In this document: positions 61,051 through 64,000 of the stretch, piece after piece
Numbering within the stretch: position 1 is the first letter of the stretch
How the letters are laid out: every line of letters begins with the position of its first letter
NCBI RefSeq assembly: GCF_947568905.1
Contig: NC_079168.1
Location: 60,078,001-60,142,000 of the forward strand
Length of the DNA: 64,000 bases
Source: Ostrea edulis
Lineage: Eukaryota
Direction: 5' to 3'
Made by a program: the position numbers and the translations under genes
Notes under the pieces: generated by a model
Told to the model about the DNA's origin: nothing
The model's input: only the letters and a program-made list of their open reading frames with translations
Database searches by the model: none

Positions 61051-61849
61051 CCGTATATAAGTCGGATTTTTGGGAGTCAATTTTTGGTCCAAAACTCTGT
61101 GTCCGACTTATAGGCGCGTTCTAAGAAGATTGGTATTTTTCTGGGCGGCGTAATGTAGTGTTTAAAATTTTAAACAACTCCGACGATTATCATGAACTAC
61201 CACACAAAATGAATGATTATCTAGACATATTGTATTGTTTATGTATTTTTAAAATTATGTATAAATACAAGTATTTGCATATTTTTATCTAGTTAAAAAT
61301 TATTTACATACCGCTATAATTAATACTTTCAATATTCAACTAATCTATCGTTTATCGGTAAAATTGAATTACGAACCCGATTTAATATTGAAATATTCAT
61401 ACCGGTATGCATACCGGCTGAAATATATTTCATAAAAAATTTAATATTGTTAACAGATAATTTAGATCATCATTCTTGACTCTTAAAATTGTTGATACAA
61501 TTAATTATACCGGAATCCCACTATAACAGTTTTCGCGAGGCGCGTGCCACTAAGTAAACACGGTGTCAGGTACTGGTAATTAGGAGCTTAGGTAAACAAG
61601 GGATCATTGCCCATAATAGATCAAGGGTTGCGTTTAAACCCCAAACAGGTATGGCTTGGATATTGATCACCTCATGATTATTAATTTCTCAAAATATTTT
61701 TTGAAACATAGGTAAAAACACTACAGCATTGACTTGAAATTGTCGACCGACTCTGACAAAAATTTGTACCGACTTATAAGCGGGTCAATGGCAAATTCCT
61801 ACAAAATAACCTTAAAAAATACAACCGACTTATAGGCGAGTATATACGG
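61051..61849. mobile_element. Tc1/mariner-type MITE, 799 bp, inserted in the Gypsy pol tail
   Basis: TA TSD at 61049-61050 and 61850-61851; termini CCGTATA..TATACGG with subterminal ccgacttata repeats; removing it restores ELSNVNSVEGL...RRKPKWLDDFET*. Confidence 0.85.
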
Positions 61850-64000
61850 TACATTTGACAACTCTACTTCAATGTTTTCCAACTCTTCATCGTTCATCGA
61901 TGTTTCGTCCTCTGGTTCTGAACTCTCAAAACTCAGAGTCTGATCCTTTTTCTTACGCATTCTATCGCAATGAATAACTTGCTTTTCACCCTTTCTACCA
62001 CATGCTACAGCATAGAGGACGTCGGACCATTGTTCAAGAACCTCAAATGGTCCGCGCCAAAATGACGTAAGTTTAGGAGAACAACCAATCTTTTTCTGGG
62101 AAAATAGACAAAAACCTTGTCACCCGGATTGAACTTCTCCCATGACATTCGCATATCATGGTAAGTCTTTTGATTGTTCATTACGGTTTCAATATTCTGA
62201 CGCACAAAATTATGTGCTTTTTCTAGTTTCTCGCGTAAGACCCAAACCCAATGATTTGGACCTTCTTGTTTGAAGAGTTCTGGCATTTCATAGACAAGGT
62301 CCAACGGTAACGTCATTTCACGACCTAACATTAGCATATTTGGTGTTAGCCCATTAGATTTATGGACTGCTGATCTGTACGCCATCATGACGTATGGGAG
62401 TTGTAAATCCCAGTCGCTTTGGTTGTCTTCTATGTAGGCATTTAGCATTGATGTTAGTGTTCTATTGAATCGCTCTACCATCCCATCTGACTGGGGATGG
62501 TAAGGAGTAGTGCGTGTTTTTTCAATGTGCAAGAGCCTGCACATCTCACCAAAAAGTTGGCTCTCAAGTTGTCGCCCTTGATCGGGATGTATTATTCTTG
62601 GTGTTCCAAACCTAGTTACGACCTCTTCTACAATAATTTTTGCCACCGTTTTAGATTCAATATTTGCATGGGATATGCTTCTGTCCATTTCGTAAAGTAG
62701 TCAGAGACTACAAGAATGTATTTATTGCCATTTTCAGTCATAGGCAACTCGCCTAGAATGTCTGCTGCTATTATATCCATGGGCATTCCTGACTGCACTA
62801 TTTGCATGATTGGTGCAATCTTTTTAGGGTTCGGATTTTTACGTCTTGTACAAATGTCGCATCTTGAGACATAAAGCCTTACATCCTGTTGGAGACTAGG
62901 CCAGTAATATCTCTGTTGTACTCTGGCCAATGTTTTGTCAACCCCGAGATGTCCAGCCGTCTTTTCGTCATGACATTGTTTTAAAACATTTCTTCTTTCA
63001 AAGAGAGGTATAACTTGCTGAAGCCTTGTTTCATCAGTCTCCAGCACAATCCATTTCCTGCATACGATCCCATTTACCAATGTTAATCTGTGCCATTGAC
63101 ACCAAAGAGATCTCAGAAAATACCCCTTTCCTCTGATTTCCTCAAACGTTGGCCTGATATTGGTTTCTAGCCATGACTTCACAAGTCTTATGTCATTGTC
63201 TTGTTTTTGTATCTCCTGAACGTTAATCATATTCTTAACCTCTTTAACTTCGTGCAATGATCTAATTTTGACCTTAGGTTGGTCAAATTTGTTAGCGCAG
63301 GATTCGTTGTTATATTGTTTGCATGGTATCCTGCTTAAAGAATCAGCATTTCGGTGCAGCTTACCAGCTCTATGTTGAATCTGTATTTCATAGATAGACA
63401 ATGTTTCAATCCACCTTACCATCTGTCCTTCCGCATCCTTTTTGTTTAATAACCATTTTAAGGTCAGTGCGTACAACGAATGCCTTTCCATACAAATAAT
63501 GCCTGAGGTGTTTGACGAAGTTGACAATTGCTAGCAACTCCTTCCGCGTGACACAGTATTTCCTTTCAGCTTTAGTAAGGCAACGACTTGCATAGCAAAT
63601 TACTTTCTCATCTCCGCCATGCATTTGTGACAAAACACCCCCAATCGCCGAGTCGCTTGCGTCTGTGTCAAGACTAAAAGGTTTTGAAAAATCTGGATGG
63701 GTTAGCAAAGGTGCTTTCACCAACTTAGCACGCAAGATGTCAAAAGACTCTTGACATTCTTCAGACCAAATATATTTTTTACTCTGTTGGGTCAATGCGT
63801 GAAGTGGTTTAGCTAAAGAGGCAAAGTTCGGAACAAACTTCCCGTAATAGCTACAGAATCCCAAAAATGATCGCAGCTCAGTGACATTTCGTGGCTGAGG
63901 CCAATTACGGATTGCTTCCGTTTTCTTTGGGTCTGTAGAGATGCCTTTCTCGGAAACCACATGCCCCAAGTAGTCAACACTTTCCGCAAATAGTGTGCAT

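Larger units (their letters stand above)
59835..64000 (-). mobile_element. Decayed Gypsy/Ty3 LTR retrotransposon, 3' half; continues past the window end
   Basis: Domain order RT (LGHVVS) - RNase H (DTDASD, ELLAIV) - HADSLSR - H2C2 (CHD..AGHLG, CDIC) - integrase (DILGEL, PDQGRQ, SDGMVERFNRTL), with frameshifts near 63430 and 62680. A PPT-like ggaggcgtgggtaa precedes TGTAGTAG at 59951 (truncated 3' LTR). Confidence 0.93.

Overview
AT-rich animal genomic DNA, most likely an oyster or other ostreid bivalve, judged from Cg170/BIV160-like satellite monomers in Helentron-type elements and bivalve-type SINEs. Two convergent host genes can be rebuilt by hand. On + is a six-coding-exon estrogen-related receptor (ERR/NR3B, 362-18673, 442 aa). 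On - is a nine-exon PhyH-family Fe(II)/2-oxoglutarate dioxygenase (39949-25271, 386 aa) that the ORF track mostly misses. The rest is nested mobile DNA: a young BEL/Pao LTR element (643-bp LTRs, CACTT TSD) inside a 9-bp-TSD MITE, a decayed Gypsy element with an extra zinc-finger ORF, a truncated LINE, SINEs, and Kolobok-, IS3EU- and Tc1/mariner-like MITEs. The most striking observation is that the 3' splice site of the ERR second-zinc-finger exon has itself become a minisatellite. There are 19 tandem copies of polypyrimidine tract + AG + exon start, and unit length (36 vs 32/46 bp) decides between an in-frame insertion and an immediate stop. ERR intron 1 also carries a perfect estrogen response element. 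A TE-borne cluster of ERR response elements lies upstream of a candidate promoter for the neighbouring dioxygenase. All calls come from manual reading; no searches were run.
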